Source: Candidatus Poribacteria bacterium
GTDB lineage: Bacteria; Poribacteria; WGA-4E; PCPOR2b
DNA length: 64,000 nt
Assembly: GCA_965116925.1 (NCBI GenBank)
Contig: OZ220744.1
Coordinates: 4,992,001-5,056,000 of the forward strand
Reading direction: 5' to 3'
In this document: in pieces, positions 37,786-47,294 of the stretch
Numbering within the stretch: position 1 is the first letter of the stretch
Layout of the letters: the number at the start of each line of letters is the position of its first letter
Made by a program: the position numbers and the translations under genes
Notes under the pieces: generated by a model
The model's database searches: none
What the model saw: only the letters and a program-made list of their open reading frames with translations
Told to the model about the DNA's origin: nothing

Positions 37786-37854
37786 TTTGCTGTCTCCCAA
37801 AGTCAAATCAGGATAATTGTCTGAATCAGGATTTTCAGGATTGCGAGAAGCAAC

Positions 37855-38880
37855 TTAGAACCCGGAGATGAATTGCCCAAATTGTGTTTCCCATCTTGCT
37901 GCCAACGCTAGCTCGTCCTCCCGATATTCATAGCCCTCTGAATTGTCTCCCTCGTACTGCTCTTGATACCAGTCTACCGTTGTCTGAATCCACTCCTCTA
38001 CAGGTGTGGTACTAAAACCGAACTCGCGCTCGGCTTTGGACAGATTGTAGAGGTATGAAGCAGCCCGACTCATCGGTGGGGCGTAGGTGTCTAGGTGGGG
38101 CTGCTTATGGATAATTTCGCTTGGAACATAGGTAATCTGGGGTTCGTGACCCGCTGCCTCCCAAATCAGGCTTGCCCAACGCTCAATGGTCATTATCTCT
38201 TGCATGGCGATGTGATACGTTTGGTTAGCAGTCTCCGGTACATCGAGGACACGGATGAAAGCCCCCGCAGCATCAGCGGAATATAGGGTGCGGAACAGTC
38301 CACGGTTTTCTAACGGAATAACCACGCCGCGCCCGTCCAATGCCCGTTGGACCCACCACCACATCCGTCCGGTTGGGTCGTCCCAGCCCATGACCGCCGG
38401 GATACGGACGATTGTGTACGGGATATTGCTGTTTTCTTGAAGCCACTTCTCGCAGTGTCGTTTGCCGACGCCGTAAGGGTCTTCTCCTGCGGGGTAGGTA
38501 TAATCAATGGACGACCAATCCACGACCGATTCTTGGAACGTGCAGTGCTTGGAGAAGTCTACCGCGCCTTCCAGATATACCGATCCGGTGCTGACGATGA
38601 CGTAACGACCCACGTTTCCATCGAATGCCCCTATAGCAGATTCGACATCTTCCTTACGGTAAGCCTGCGTATCAATAACCGCATCAAAAGATTTCCCCTT
38701 CACTTTTTCTGCAAAGTCTGCCCGATCCTCACGGTCTCCCTGAATATGTTCGATCTGCTCCCACCATTCGGGTTGGGTGGTCCCTCTGGAGAAGATGGTG
38801 ACCCTGTCCCCGCGTTCAAGCAGTCTCTGCACAACAATCCGACCCATGTATCGTGTGCCACCGATGATAAGAACGTCCAT
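37855..38880 (-). CDS. NAD-dependent epimerase/dehydratase family protein
   Basis: IIGGTRYMG, STGSVY, YGVGK; start reassigned to MDVLII. Confidence 0.88.
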   Translation of the reverse strand: MDVLIIGGTRYMGRIVVQRLLERGDRVTIFSRGTTQPEWWEQIEHIQGDREDRADFAEKVKGKSFDAVIDTQAYRKEDVESAIGAFDGNVGRYVIVSTGSVYLEGAVDFSKHCTFQESVVDWSSIDYTYPAGEDPYGVGKRHCEKWLQENSNIPYTIVRIPAVMGWDDPTGRMWWWVQRALDGRGVVIPLENRGLFRTLYSADAAGAFIRVLDVPETANQTYHIAMQEIMTIERWASLIWEAAGHEPQITYVPSEIIHKQPHLDTYAPPMSRAASYLYNLSKAEREFGFSTTPVEEWIQTTVDWYQEQYEGDNSEGYEYREDELALAARWETQFGQFISGF

Positions 38881-38899
38881 TTTTCTTCCCCATTGATTT

Positions 38900-39592
38900 T
38901 CAAACTTCCGGTTCTGCGTCCGACTTATCCTGTGGGTGGTAGTCGATGACCTGCCGTCCATGTTCCAAATCGTAGAGTGCCCATGTGCTATCTGAAACAC
39001 CGAACACAACCTCGAACTTCACCCCCGGCTGTGTGACCGCCTGCTCAAATACAAGAGCCGCGTCGCCGTGGCTCAGTTGATGTGGGTGGGTGGGCAAGTC
39101 ACGGTCCCGCTTGAAATTGCCGATCCGAACCGAGACAAATTCCATATCGAATCGGGCTGAATACATATACCCTAAGTTTTCTCCGAAAACCTTGCTGATC
39201 GAATAGTAGGACTCCGGTCGAGGGGTCATATCAACCGTCCGCATGATGTCCTTTGGGTAAGGCGCAAGCAGTCCGGCACGGCTGGCGAAGGCGATACGAC
39301 GGACACCGTTTTGTCGTGCAGCTTCAAAGACATTGTAGGTGCCGATAATATTGTTCTGGAGTATATCTTCCCACGGTGCGCCGCCGGAGGGGTTGCCTGC
39401 GAGGTGAATCACCGCCTCCATGTCTTGGGTAGCTTTCAGTACGGTGTCGAAGTCCGTGACATTCCCGACAATCGCATCTTTGATATCCGGCATCGGTACA
39501 CGGTCAAACCCACGCAGCGAATATCGGTCTTTCAGCCCTTTCACGACCGCCGTACCAACTGCCCCGGCAGCACCGGTGACAAGGATTCTCAT
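38900..39592 (-). CDS. NAD(P)-dependent oxidoreductase (uronate dehydrogenase-like)
   Basis: TGAAGAVG, NIIGTYNVFEAA, YSISKVFGE, VRIG. Confidence 0.88.
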   Translation of the reverse strand: MRILVTGAAGAVGTAVVKGLKDRYSLRGFDRVPMPDIKDAIVGNVTDFDTVLKATQDMEAVIHLAGNPSGGAPWEDILQNNIIGTYNVFEAARQNGVRRIAFASRAGLLAPYPKDIMRTVDMTPRPESYYSISKVFGENLGYMYSARFDMEFVSVRIGNFKRDRDLPTHPHQLSHGDAALVFEQAVTQPGVKFEVVFGVSDSTWALYDLEHGRQVIDYHPQDKSDAEPEV

Positions 39593-39607
39593 CTGCTTGC
39601 TCCTTTT

Positions 39608-40501
39608 CTAACGCCAAATCTCTCTGAGTCTGGGTATGAGGATTTCCGTATTCCGGTCATGGATTTCGCCACACCAAACGTTATTCGTCTCAGGGCTGGA
39701 TTTGTCGTACGATTCTTGGATAAGTGTTGGTAGCGGGAGTTGATGAAATTGTGTCTCAAAATATCCATCGTCCCGGAGTTGAACCTCACGAAACCCCATC
39801 GGGAAACCGATCAAACACGCAGTGTCAACAGTGAGGAAATCACGGTACATCCGGATACGGTTGGTATGCCGGTGCCCTGTAAAAAGCGCGACGATGGCGG
39901 GACTCTGTTTCACAGTTTCCAACAACCGATTTGCACCGTCGAGGGTTCCCTTTCCCTCTTCATGGCTTGGAAGCGCCCATGCATGGATAAACAACAGCAT
40001 CGCGTGCCCTTCGTCATACGCTTTTTCCGCTTCCTCACGGAGGGCATTGTCGAGGGTATCGGTCCAAACGCCGCTGCCGTCTTCGATTGGATCGCATTGG
40101 TGATAGATGTTGGCGATCGCGAGACGGAGGCGTGGGGCGGCATCAACGACCTTGAGCGTTTCGGGGATGTCGAATCTTTCCGCGAACGCTTCAAAGGATC
40201 CATGTTGTGCATCGGAGTCGTGATTGCCGGGGACACAGTATAGCGGTGCCTCAAAGTCGGCAAAGGCTGCCGCAACGTCTTCAATGGATTGCAGGTATGT
40301 CGTCCACGGCAGCTCGAACGAACTTCCGCCGCAAAGGAAATCGCCGCCGTGAACGATGAACTCAGGTTTGATCGGATTGACCGCTGGCACAATCGCGTCA
40401 AGAACGGTCTTGCTCTGTGTCAGCATTTTCGGTGCGCCGTAATCCTTTGGTGCCCCGGGGTAATAGTGGCTGTCAGTCAAAAAGACGAAACGAGTAGACA
40501 T
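39608..40501 (-). CDS. Metallophosphoesterase
   Basis: TDSH, GGD, PGNHD, GHRH. Confidence 0.88.
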   Translation of the reverse strand: MSTRFVFLTDSHYYPGAPKDYGAPKMLTQSKTVLDAIVPAVNPIKPEFIVHGGDFLCGGSSFELPWTTYLQSIEDVAAAFADFEAPLYCVPGNHDSDAQHGSFEAFAERFDIPETLKVVDAAPRLRLAIANIYHQCDPIEDGSGVWTDTLDNALREEAEKAYDEGHAMLLFIHAWALPSHEEGKGTLDGANRLLETVKQSPAIVALFTGHRHTNRIRMYRDFLTVDTACLIGFPMGFREVQLRDDGYFETQFHQLPLPTLIQESYDKSSPETNNVWCGEIHDRNTEILIPRLREIWR

Positions 40502-40511
40502 AATGTCTCCC

Positions 40512-40561
40512 AAGCACGGAGAGAAACCGAGTTTTTGTCAAAAACTCGGTTTCGGTTGCAC
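40512..40561. repeat. Palindromic repeat, copy 1
   Basis: GAAACCGAGTTTT..AAAACTCGGTTTC; reverse-oriented copy at 62116-62169. Confidence 0.8.
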
Positions 40562-40584
40562 GATTTCTTTACATGAGTAAAAAC

Positions 40585-41178
40585 TTAGATATGTGGTCCG
40601 CGTTCCCGAATGATTCTCATTGCCAGATCGGGATCGATTTGGAAAATCATTTCAGGCTCGATCTTGCAGTTTCCCGGTAGGTCATAGCCCGCGACGGCAC
40701 TTCGTGCGTGCCAGCCCGATAGCGATGAGTCCATGCCGTCGTCAGCCGATTCGGATAGCGGTCCGCCGAACACATCGTGAAACGCCTTCGTATAGCCATC
40801 CACAACTTGGGGTGATTTTGTAAAAGCCCCGCCGCCGTGTGAGTTGACCATCCCGATACACTTAACGCAGTACCAGACATCGTTCAAGTTTCCGAAAGGT
40901 TCCAATCCCCAGTGCAGGGAAAGGATGTGGCTGATGCCTGCCTCCCGACCGGCTTCGTAACCGTCTTCCACATCTTGATCATCGTTGGTCACCGGTCCTG
41001 TGCCGGCGCCTGTCCCCGAAGCGAAGACCAGACCGGACGGAGTAAAGGTGAGGTTACAGATACGCCGACCACGGGGATCGGAAATTGCATCGGCTTTTGT
41101 CCCTAGATCAATGCCGAGCGCGTTGAGTCTGTCGTATACATCGAAATCACGTTGCCAAGAACTATGTATCTCTGCCAT
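40585..41178 (-). CDS. RidA/YjgF-like family protein
   Basis: LVFASG, GYEA, GMVNS, PQVVDG, HARSAV, LPGN. Confidence 0.75.
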   Translation of the reverse strand: MAEIHSSWQRDFDVYDRLNALGIDLGTKADAISDPRGRRICNLTFTPSGLVFASGTGAGTGPVTNDDQDVEDGYEAGREAGISHILSLHWGLEPFGNLNDVWYCVKCIGMVNSHGGGAFTKSPQVVDGYTKAFHDVFGGPLSESADDGMDSSLSGWHARSAVAGYDLPGNCKIEPEMIFQIDPDLAMRIIRERGPHI

Positions 41179-41272
41179 TTTGTTTCCTCCATAGGAAATT
41201 TAGATTTTGATGAAATAATTCAAAGTTAAGATGTCGAGATATGAATCTCGACCTACAAAAATTAGGGATCCG

Positions 41273-42181
41273 CTATTGGATAATACTTTCGGGTGAGAAG
41301 GCTTCCACCGCTAACCGAGAGATCTCCGCAATCGCCTCATCCCCACGGATACCATCATCGCTGGCAAGTGCAAACGCAGAGATGACAAGAGGACCCGTTG
41401 AGAGAAAGACAAGACCCACATCCCCCTTAATGCGCCCACTCGATCCAATCTTGTGCGCGGTTGGGATGTCAGGTTTTAAGTCGCGAGGGATCATACGGCG
41501 GTCATTGCAAAGCCGAAGCATCTCGATCATCGCCGCGGAGGCTTGCGGACTGACAATCTGACCGGCGTAGAGTTGCTTCAGGATACTCCCCATATCCCTT
41601 GGGGTGGCGACATTGTTCTCCAGAGAATCCTGAAAGGACAGGCTGTTGAAGTTCGTGCCATGCGTCTGTGCTCGTTTGTGCTGCACCACATCGTTTTCTC
41701 GGTTGCACGGGACATCATCCATACCGAACATCCGATAGTGATAACGACCAAGAGTCACGCTGGTTCGGGTGTTGGGGAAGCCCATCGCATCTAGCGTGGC
41801 GTTGACCGATTCTAACCCAACTACTCCTAACAGGAAATCGGTCGCCATATTATCACTGATACTGATCATCAACCGACAATAGTCGCGCAGGGTCAATTCC
41901 GGCGCATCTTCCATCAACTTTAGTGTTCCTGAGCCGTGGGTAGAGATATTCCCTTGCAGCCGATGGCGATCATCAAGCGAAAGAGTGCCTACCTCAACCT
42001 GACGAAACAACTCGATCATCACCGGAACTTTGCAGACACTCGCAGTAGGGAAGCGTTGATCTGCGTTGTGCTCATGCGCGATGCCGGTGGTCAAGTCTTC
42101 AATGTAGAAGCCGATACATCCGTGAAAATCCGTCGCAATTTTGTCACATGCTGCTGTTGGAAACTGCTTGCTCGTTTGCAT
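41273..42181 (-). CDS. Serine hydrolase, class A beta-lactamase-like fold
   Basis: ASVCK (SxxK), SDN, HKIG; no signal peptide. Confidence 0.88.
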   Translation of the reverse strand: MQTSKQFPTAACDKIATDFHGCIGFYIEDLTTGIAHEHNADQRFPTASVCKVPVMIELFRQVEVGTLSLDDRHRLQGNISTHGSGTLKLMEDAPELTLRDYCRLMISISDNMATDFLLGVVGLESVNATLDAMGFPNTRTSVTLGRYHYRMFGMDDVPCNRENDVVQHKRAQTHGTNFNSLSFQDSLENNVATPRDMGSILKQLYAGQIVSPQASAAMIEMLRLCNDRRMIPRDLKPDIPTAHKIGSSGRIKGDVGLVFLSTGPLVISAFALASDDGIRGDEAIAEISRLAVEAFSPESIIQ

Positions 42182-42236
42182 GTGTTCGACAATATTTGTT
42201 AGCAGCGAAAAAGAGGTTCGCTAGGTAAATTTCGGA

Positions 42237-42264
42237 GTAGGGAACGCAGATCTGCGTTCCCTAC
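42237..42264. repeat. Perfect 28-bp GTAG...CTAC palindrome
   Basis: GTAGGGAACGCAGATCTGCGTTCCCTAC, identical at 47005-47032. Confidence 0.9.
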
Positions 42265-42285
42265 AAATCCCAAATCAGAACCGAA

Positions 42286-43398
42286 TTAACCGGCGAGCAG
42301 AGCTCTCAACCGTTGGGCGATGGTATGTTCATCGCCTTCCTCTAGGTTGTCCACCCGGATAACGACGGCATTTTCACCTTCGCCACCAACTTTGATGCAG
42401 GGGTCACCGGCATCAAGTTCCGTAATTAGTTCGCTGGCACTCCGCGCCGATTCCGCTGCATTAACGACGACGTGGAGCTCAACGCCCCAATATCTCTGTG
42501 TGGAAACCTCTTTTGTCTCTTCCACACCGGGAGCGCCTTCGATTGCACGCTCAATGACAGCGAACTTTTTACGGTATTCGTCGAAGCGTTCCTCATGGTC
42601 CATGGTGAACCATTGGTCGAGGGCGACGGTCAGTCCGATGATTTCCTGTCGGTCTATTTTCATCCCGCGTCCCAAGGGACGGGGTCCGATAAATCCGTGG
42701 GCTGCGACTGCTTGAATCAGGTCCTTCTTTCCAGCCACAAACCCAGCCGAATGGGGACCGTGGACATATTTGCCACCGAAGCAGACCAAGTCCGCCGATG
42801 TGGCGGTGTCCTGAAAGTAGTCAATCGGGAAGATCTGCGAAGCGGCGTCAGCGATGACATATACATTATGTGCGTGTGCAATTCTGACCGTATCTTCGAG
42901 TGAGACAACGGTGGTGTCCGGGTCAGGGCTGACAAAGTGGATAACCGCTGCGGTCTGGGGACCGATTGCAGCTTCCAACTGCTCCGCTGTACACCCGCTT
43001 TCGTCGCCGGCTATCACGAGCTTGCTACCCGGTATGGTGTAAGCCCTATCAAATCCGTATCGCTGCTTTGCTTGGATAATAACTTCGTCTTTCATACCGG
43101 TAGTATCTGGCAGCTGATCCATTTTCTCCTGATCGTTGCCGGTCATGCACGCAGCGGTGGATAGCACCATAGCAGCGTAACAGCCAGCCGTAACATAAGC
43201 AGCCTCAGCACCCACCAGAGAAGCGATGTGATCCCCGGACTTTTCGAGTAGTTCCTCCATATCTACGAAGTACTCTTCCGCCTCTTCCATCGCCTGTTTA
43301 ACTATCGGAGTGGGGGTTGAGCCGCCCATAGCGGTAGAGTTGCCCGCAGCGTTGATGATGGGTACTGCACCCAATCTTGAGTAAACATTTTCGGCCAT
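42286..43398 (-). CDS. SelA-like / DgaE-type PLP-dependent enzyme
   Basis: INAAG..T.MGGS, DAA, FGGKYVHGP, GRGMKIDRQEI. Confidence 0.82.
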   Translation of the reverse strand: MAENVYSRLGAVPIINAAGNSTAMGGSTPTPIVKQAMEEAEEYFVDMEELLEKSGDHIASLVGAEAAYVTAGCYAAMVLSTAACMTGNDQEKMDQLPDTTGMKDEVIIQAKQRYGFDRAYTIPGSKLVIAGDESGCTAEQLEAAIGPQTAAVIHFVSPDPDTTVVSLEDTVRIAHAHNVYVIADAASQIFPIDYFQDTATSADLVCFGGKYVHGPHSAGFVAGKKDLIQAVAAHGFIGPRPLGRGMKIDRQEIIGLTVALDQWFTMDHEERFDEYRKKFAVIERAIEGAPGVEETKEVSTQRYWGVELHVVVNAAESARSASELITELDAGDPCIKVGGEGENAVVIRVDNLEEGDEHTIAQRLRALLAG

Positions 43399-43481
43399 TG
43401 TAATCTCCTTGATTATGTATTGTGTTCAGATTCCGATGTAGGGAACAGCGATCATTGTCCCTCACGGAATCTCCAAAAGGA

Positions 43482-44288
43482 CTAAGCGGCAAGCAATCCG
43501 CGTAGATACTTAGCCGCTCGCCTGAAGGTTTCCTTATCATCGCATTCGTTGACATCTTTGCCTTCAAATGTGATGGACATACAGCCGTTAAAATTCGCTG
43601 CTTTCAGAATTTCAACAATGCGCTCATAATCTAGCCACTCCTCACGTCCACTGTCCACTTTATAAATTTTGGCACGGACATACGCAGCGTAGGGAGCGGT
43701 CTGTTCCATAAATTCGTAGGTATCTATGTCCGGATCGGGAACGCCTTGGGTCCGAGAAGGAGAGCCGACCCACTGACCGGTATCCAGAATAAAGGTAAAG
43801 TTTTCACGATCTGTTTCACGTAGGAGTTGCAGGACACCCTCGCCGGTACACGGATGGTTCTGGACCCCGACGATGATACCCTTTTCAGCGGCGGCATCAC
43901 AAAGTTCTTGGAAACACGCAACTTCGCGCGCTTGCCCCTCGTCGGTCTCCGGGGTGGGCCCACAGAAAGATCTGACCATCGGCGCACCGAGGAAAACCGC
44001 TGTATCCAGATCCGCTTTACACCGATCCATTTTCTGCGCTAATTCCTCTTCCGTTCCCACAAAATGGCCGCCGGTCGCTAGGTAGCCGATGGGGAGTCCG
44101 GCTTTAAGGCATTTAATCTTGATAGCGCGCAGATAATCGGGATCCTGCGAGCGAAAACCCACGTCGGCGCGGAAATCAACGACATCGAGTTTCAACTCGT
44201 AGGCAAAATCGACCACATCTTCAATATAGGGAAGTGTTTTTGGATCATCCTTGCCGAAATATGAACCGTACATACCGAGCTTAATCAT
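43482..44288 (-). CDS. Sugar phosphate isomerase/epimerase, paralog of 33736-34536
   Basis: GLPIGY, VQNH, DTGQWVGSP, TAPYA, WLDY. Confidence 0.85.
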   Translation of the reverse strand: MIKLGMYGSYFGKDDPKTLPYIEDVVDFAYELKLDVVDFRADVGFRSQDPDYLRAIKIKCLKAGLPIGYLATGGHFVGTEEELAQKMDRCKADLDTAVFLGAPMVRSFCGPTPETDEGQAREVACFQELCDAAAEKGIIVGVQNHPCTGEGVLQLLRETDRENFTFILDTGQWVGSPSRTQGVPDPDIDTYEFMEQTAPYAAYVRAKIYKVDSGREEWLDYERIVEILKAANFNGCMSITFEGKDVNECDDKETFRRAAKYLRGLLAA

Positions 44289-44313
44289 AAGAACTCCTTA
44301 ACGATAATATAGA

Positions 44314-44393
44314 TAGGACTTACGCGTTTCCTCTTAAAGTCCCCCTGACAAGGGGGATTTAGAGGGTTAAATGCAACCATTGCATAAGTCCTA
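44314..44393. mobile_element. MITE-like 'shell B', short copy
   Basis: TAGGACTTACGC / GCATAAGTCCTA ends, ATAGA duplicated on both flanks, cargo AAGTCCCCCTGACAAGGGGGATTT. Confidence 0.82.
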
Positions 44394-44417
44394 ATAGAGA
44401 AGGATTGCGTTACCGCA

Positions 44418-44786
44418 CTACGACTCAACAGGTGCACTGATATTCAAATACTCAATTTCATCTTCGCCGTCGTTGATGACCCCATGCTTTGTCTTGGGCG
44501 GCAGATGCACGGCATCACCTGCGGTCACCGGGTATTCCTTACCATCAATCAACATCTTGCCACGCCCTTTGATAAAGTAGTAGACCTGTTCTTTGTCCTG
44601 ATGATCGTGGTAATCCGTAGTGATACGCCCTTGAACGACATGGCGTGTGAAGTTGGTCAGCCCTAGCAGACACGCTGTCTCCGGTGGATCGGCGTGTTCG
44701 CTTCCAGTGCGTGTCAGTATGGGCCAAATAATTTTGCTCTCGTGCCCGACGTAAGGAATTGAGTCACGCCAGTTTCGTATAATCAT
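44418..44786 (-). CDS. Cupin domain protein
   Basis: HDHQDKEQVYY, GDAVHLPPKTKHG; AGGAGG RBS. Confidence 0.88.
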   Translation of the reverse strand: MIIRNWRDSIPYVGHESKIIWPILTRTGSEHADPPETACLLGLTNFTRHVVQGRITTDYHDHQDKEQVYYFIKGRGKMLIDGKEYPVTAGDAVHLPPKTKHGVINDGEDEIEYLNISAPVES

Positions 44787-44923
44787 GATGACCTCCTGCT
44801 TGGTTTGTGAGGTTGTTGTTTATTGGATAGGGTAATATTTGCTCAGTCTTAATTATCAATGTGTTTTGTCAAGTCCATGACTATAACACCACAAAAGACT
44901 ATAACACTACAAAACAAAAAGTT

Positions 44924-45151
44924 TCAAGCAAACACCTCAACCGCATCGTGTCGTAAGTGCACCTCTAGTTGAGGATTCTTTGCATCTAACATCAATTCCA
45001 AAACTTCGCGCATATTACGGATGGTTTCTTGGAGTGTCCTTCCTTGTGTGAAACAGGATTTTTCCTCAAGACACTGAGCAACGAAGAAATTCCCATCTCG
45101 TTGAATTTCTACTATGAAACGTTCTATGCTTAATGCGTCTTTGTTGCTCAT
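44924..45151 (-). CDS. HicB-family antitoxin-like protein (short form, no adjacent hicA)
   Basis: FVAQC...CFTQGRTLQETIRNMREVLEL. Confidence 0.78.
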   Translation of the reverse strand: MSNKDALSIERFIVEIQRDGNFFVAQCLEEKSCFTQGRTLQETIRNMREVLELMLDAKNPQLEVHLRHDAVEVFA

Positions 45152-45177
45152 GGGTTTTCCAATCGGACATCTCACTC

Positions 45178-46041
45178 CTATTCCCGCACGGAATGGGCGA
45201 TCGGATTTTCGCCGATCCAACGCTCATCCACCGGCTCCGATGCCAATTGGTAGCGCGTGTCCGAAGATAGCCGAATCCGATCCGAGCGATTATCCAGCGA
45301 GCAGTGCATCGTATACATACTGAACACCAGCAGATCTCCGGCGCGGAAGTCTGTTGTGAGCCAGCGGCACCCAAGCTCCTTCTGAATCGCTGCGGGATCT
45401 TTACCGTAACTTCCTCCCGTTTTTTTCCAGTTACCTTTCTTGTCTACGTCCATCTGCCCATAGGGCGCTTTGAGTGCTGCCAGACGGTGAGACTTCTCCA
45501 GCACCATCAGCGCGGCATCGCTCAAGGGAGCGTCCCCCAACGGCGTCCACGAGGTGTATAGGTTCGTGGTGCCGCGTCCCATATACACGATGTCGTAGTG
45601 CGGTGCACTTGATCGACCGGGACCCATCACGCGCATCCAGATGAAATCAAACGATCTGACCTCACCGCCGAGGAATGCGGTGTAGAAATCGATCATCCGA
45701 CCGGAATGCACCAACCTCCGCACAGCGGGCAACTTCCCCAACGCTGCATGACTGCCAATCGCGGATCGAAATTTGCCGTTATCGCTCTTTGCCGCCCGTG
45801 CCTCCATGAGGGGTTGGTTTTCATCGACCATCTCATGCTCCGCTAACACCTCAAGCACGGATCGCCGGGCGTCCATCACCCGCTCCAGATCCAAGTAGTC
45901 GCGGAGCAAGAGATAACCATCTTCTGCCATTCGCTCCCTCAAAGCGCGGCTGTCATCAAGCAGATCATTTGAGTCACGCAGCTCACCGAATGCCTCCGGC
46001 GACATATCTAGCGGTATGCCGTTTGAAGTCAGTTGCTTCAC
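45178..46041 (-). CDS. PhyH family dioxygenase
   Basis: DGYLLLR, PHYDIVYMGRGT, AGDLLVF, HCS. Confidence 0.9.
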   Translation of the reverse strand: MKQLTSNGIPLDMSPEAFGELRDSNDLLDDSRALRERMAEDGYLLLRDYLDLERVMDARRSVLEVLAEHEMVDENQPLMEARAAKSDNGKFRSAIGSHAALGKLPAVRRLVHSGRMIDFYTAFLGGEVRSFDFIWMRVMGPGRSSAPHYDIVYMGRGTTNLYTSWTPLGDAPLSDAALMVLEKSHRLAALKAPYGQMDVDKKGNWKKTGGSYGKDPAAIQKELGCRWLTTDFRAGDLLVFSMYTMHCSLDNRSDRIRLSSDTRYQLASEPVDERWIGENPIAHSVRE

Positions 46042-46176
46042 TTTTCTTACCTTTCCTATTCCAGTACGCTAAAAGTAGTAGGCACACTCCGTGTGCCGTA
46101 ACTCCGCGAATAAGGTGTCTGACCCCACTCATTCATCGTGTCCAATTAATTCTAAAATCTACCATAATTCATGCCG

Positions 46177-46944
46177 TTAAACCGCAGTCCATCCGCCATC
46201 GACAAGATGTGTGTGTCCGGTAACCATACCCGCTATGTCGCTAGCGAGGTAGATAACCGCCGCCGCGATTTCTTCCGGTTCTGCGATCCGCCCCATCAGC
46301 ACATTTTCGGTTACCATCCTCTGAAATTCAGGGTTTTTCAGGGCCCCTTCTGAAAGGGGCGTGCGGGTGACGGTCGGTGCGACCGAGTTGACCGTAATGC
46401 CGTGCGGTGCCCATTCCGCGGCTAACGATTTGGTGAGTAGGCAAACAGCACCTTTCGCACCGCTGTAGGGGGCTCGAAGCGGTCCACCGACAACGCCAAC
46501 CTGCGAACTGATGTTGATGATACGCCCCCGAATACCTCCTTCAATCATCGACTTCGCCGCTATCTGGCTCATGAAGAATGTGCCCTTAAAGTTTACATCC
46601 ACGATGTAATCGAAGTCTTCTTCGGTGACATCAAGCGCGGGCTGAACTTTGTTCACTCCGGCATTATTAACTAACACATCAATTCTACCAAAGGCATTGA
46701 GGGTTTTCCCTACAAATCCCTCAATGCTTGAAACCTCCGCAACGTCCAGCTGCCACGCTTCTGCGCGTTGACCGGTTTTGCGAACCTCTTCCGCTACCTG
46801 TTCAACCTCACTGACAGTGCGGCTCCCTGCAACGATGTCCGCGCCTGCACTCGCACACGCCAGCGCGATTTCTTTACCGATGCCTTTCCCTGCACCAGTG
46901 ACAAGAACGACCTTGTCGGTCAATGAAAAATCAATTGATGCCAT
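46177..46944 (-). CDS. SDR family oxidoreductase
   Basis: TGAGKGIG, NNAG, YSGAK, VDGG. Confidence 0.93.
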   Translation of the reverse strand: MASIDFSLTDKVVLVTGAGKGIGKEIALACASAGADIVAGSRTVSEVEQVAEEVRKTGQRAEAWQLDVAEVSSIEGFVGKTLNAFGRIDVLVNNAGVNKVQPALDVTEEDFDYIVDVNFKGTFFMSQIAAKSMIEGGIRGRIINISSQVGVVGGPLRAPYSGAKGAVCLLTKSLAAEWAPHGITVNSVAPTVTRTPLSEGALKNPEFQRMVTENVLMGRIAEPEEIAAAVIYLASDIAGMVTGHTHLVDGGWTAV

Positions 46945-46959
46945 CTATTCACTTCCTTC

Positions 46960-47245
46960 TATAGTGAATTCTAAAAATAAATAGACTAGGAGTTACGCAC
47001 TTCAGTAGGGAACGCAGATCTGCGTTCCCTACGAACTCCTTGAGGGTGTTTCGGCTGTAGTTGCCCGATTCATCGGGCGTTGGGACGGGTGTGCAGAGGC
47101 GATAAATCGCCGAGCTACAAAACGTTGAACATTCAACTGCGTAAGTCCTATAGACATTAAAAGGTAGTCTTTTGTACCACGATCTGTTAGATTGTGATCC
47201 AAACCCGCAAACTAACAGTTTGCGCTACAGTGTCTAGTTAATTCT
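46960..47245. mobile_element. Shell A element interrupted by a nested shell B element (right end degenerate)
   Basis: Left end TATAGTGAATTCTAAAAAT as at 6874; 47165-47245 nearly identical to 6896-6976. Confidence 0.75.
46987..47150. mobile_element. MITE-like shell B carrying three GTAG-REP palindromes
   Basis: TAGGAGTTACGCA / TGCGTAAGTCCTA ends with TAGAC duplicated on both flanks. Confidence 0.85.
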
Positions 47246-47294
47246 GAATTCAGTCTGAATCCCCGATATATAAGGAAATTGTGCGAGAATCCGA

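Noticed and set aside
41273..42181. Antibiotic-resistance beta-lactamase
   Set aside because: No signal peptide, KTG appears as KIG, and no clear class A omega-loop Glu; better called a generic serine hydrolase
42286..43398. SelA-like gene as the selenocysteine synthase for the UxU protein
   Set aside because: At 370 aa it lacks the N-terminal tRNA-binding extension, fits the DgaE/SelA-like catabolic group, and has no selB or selC nearby
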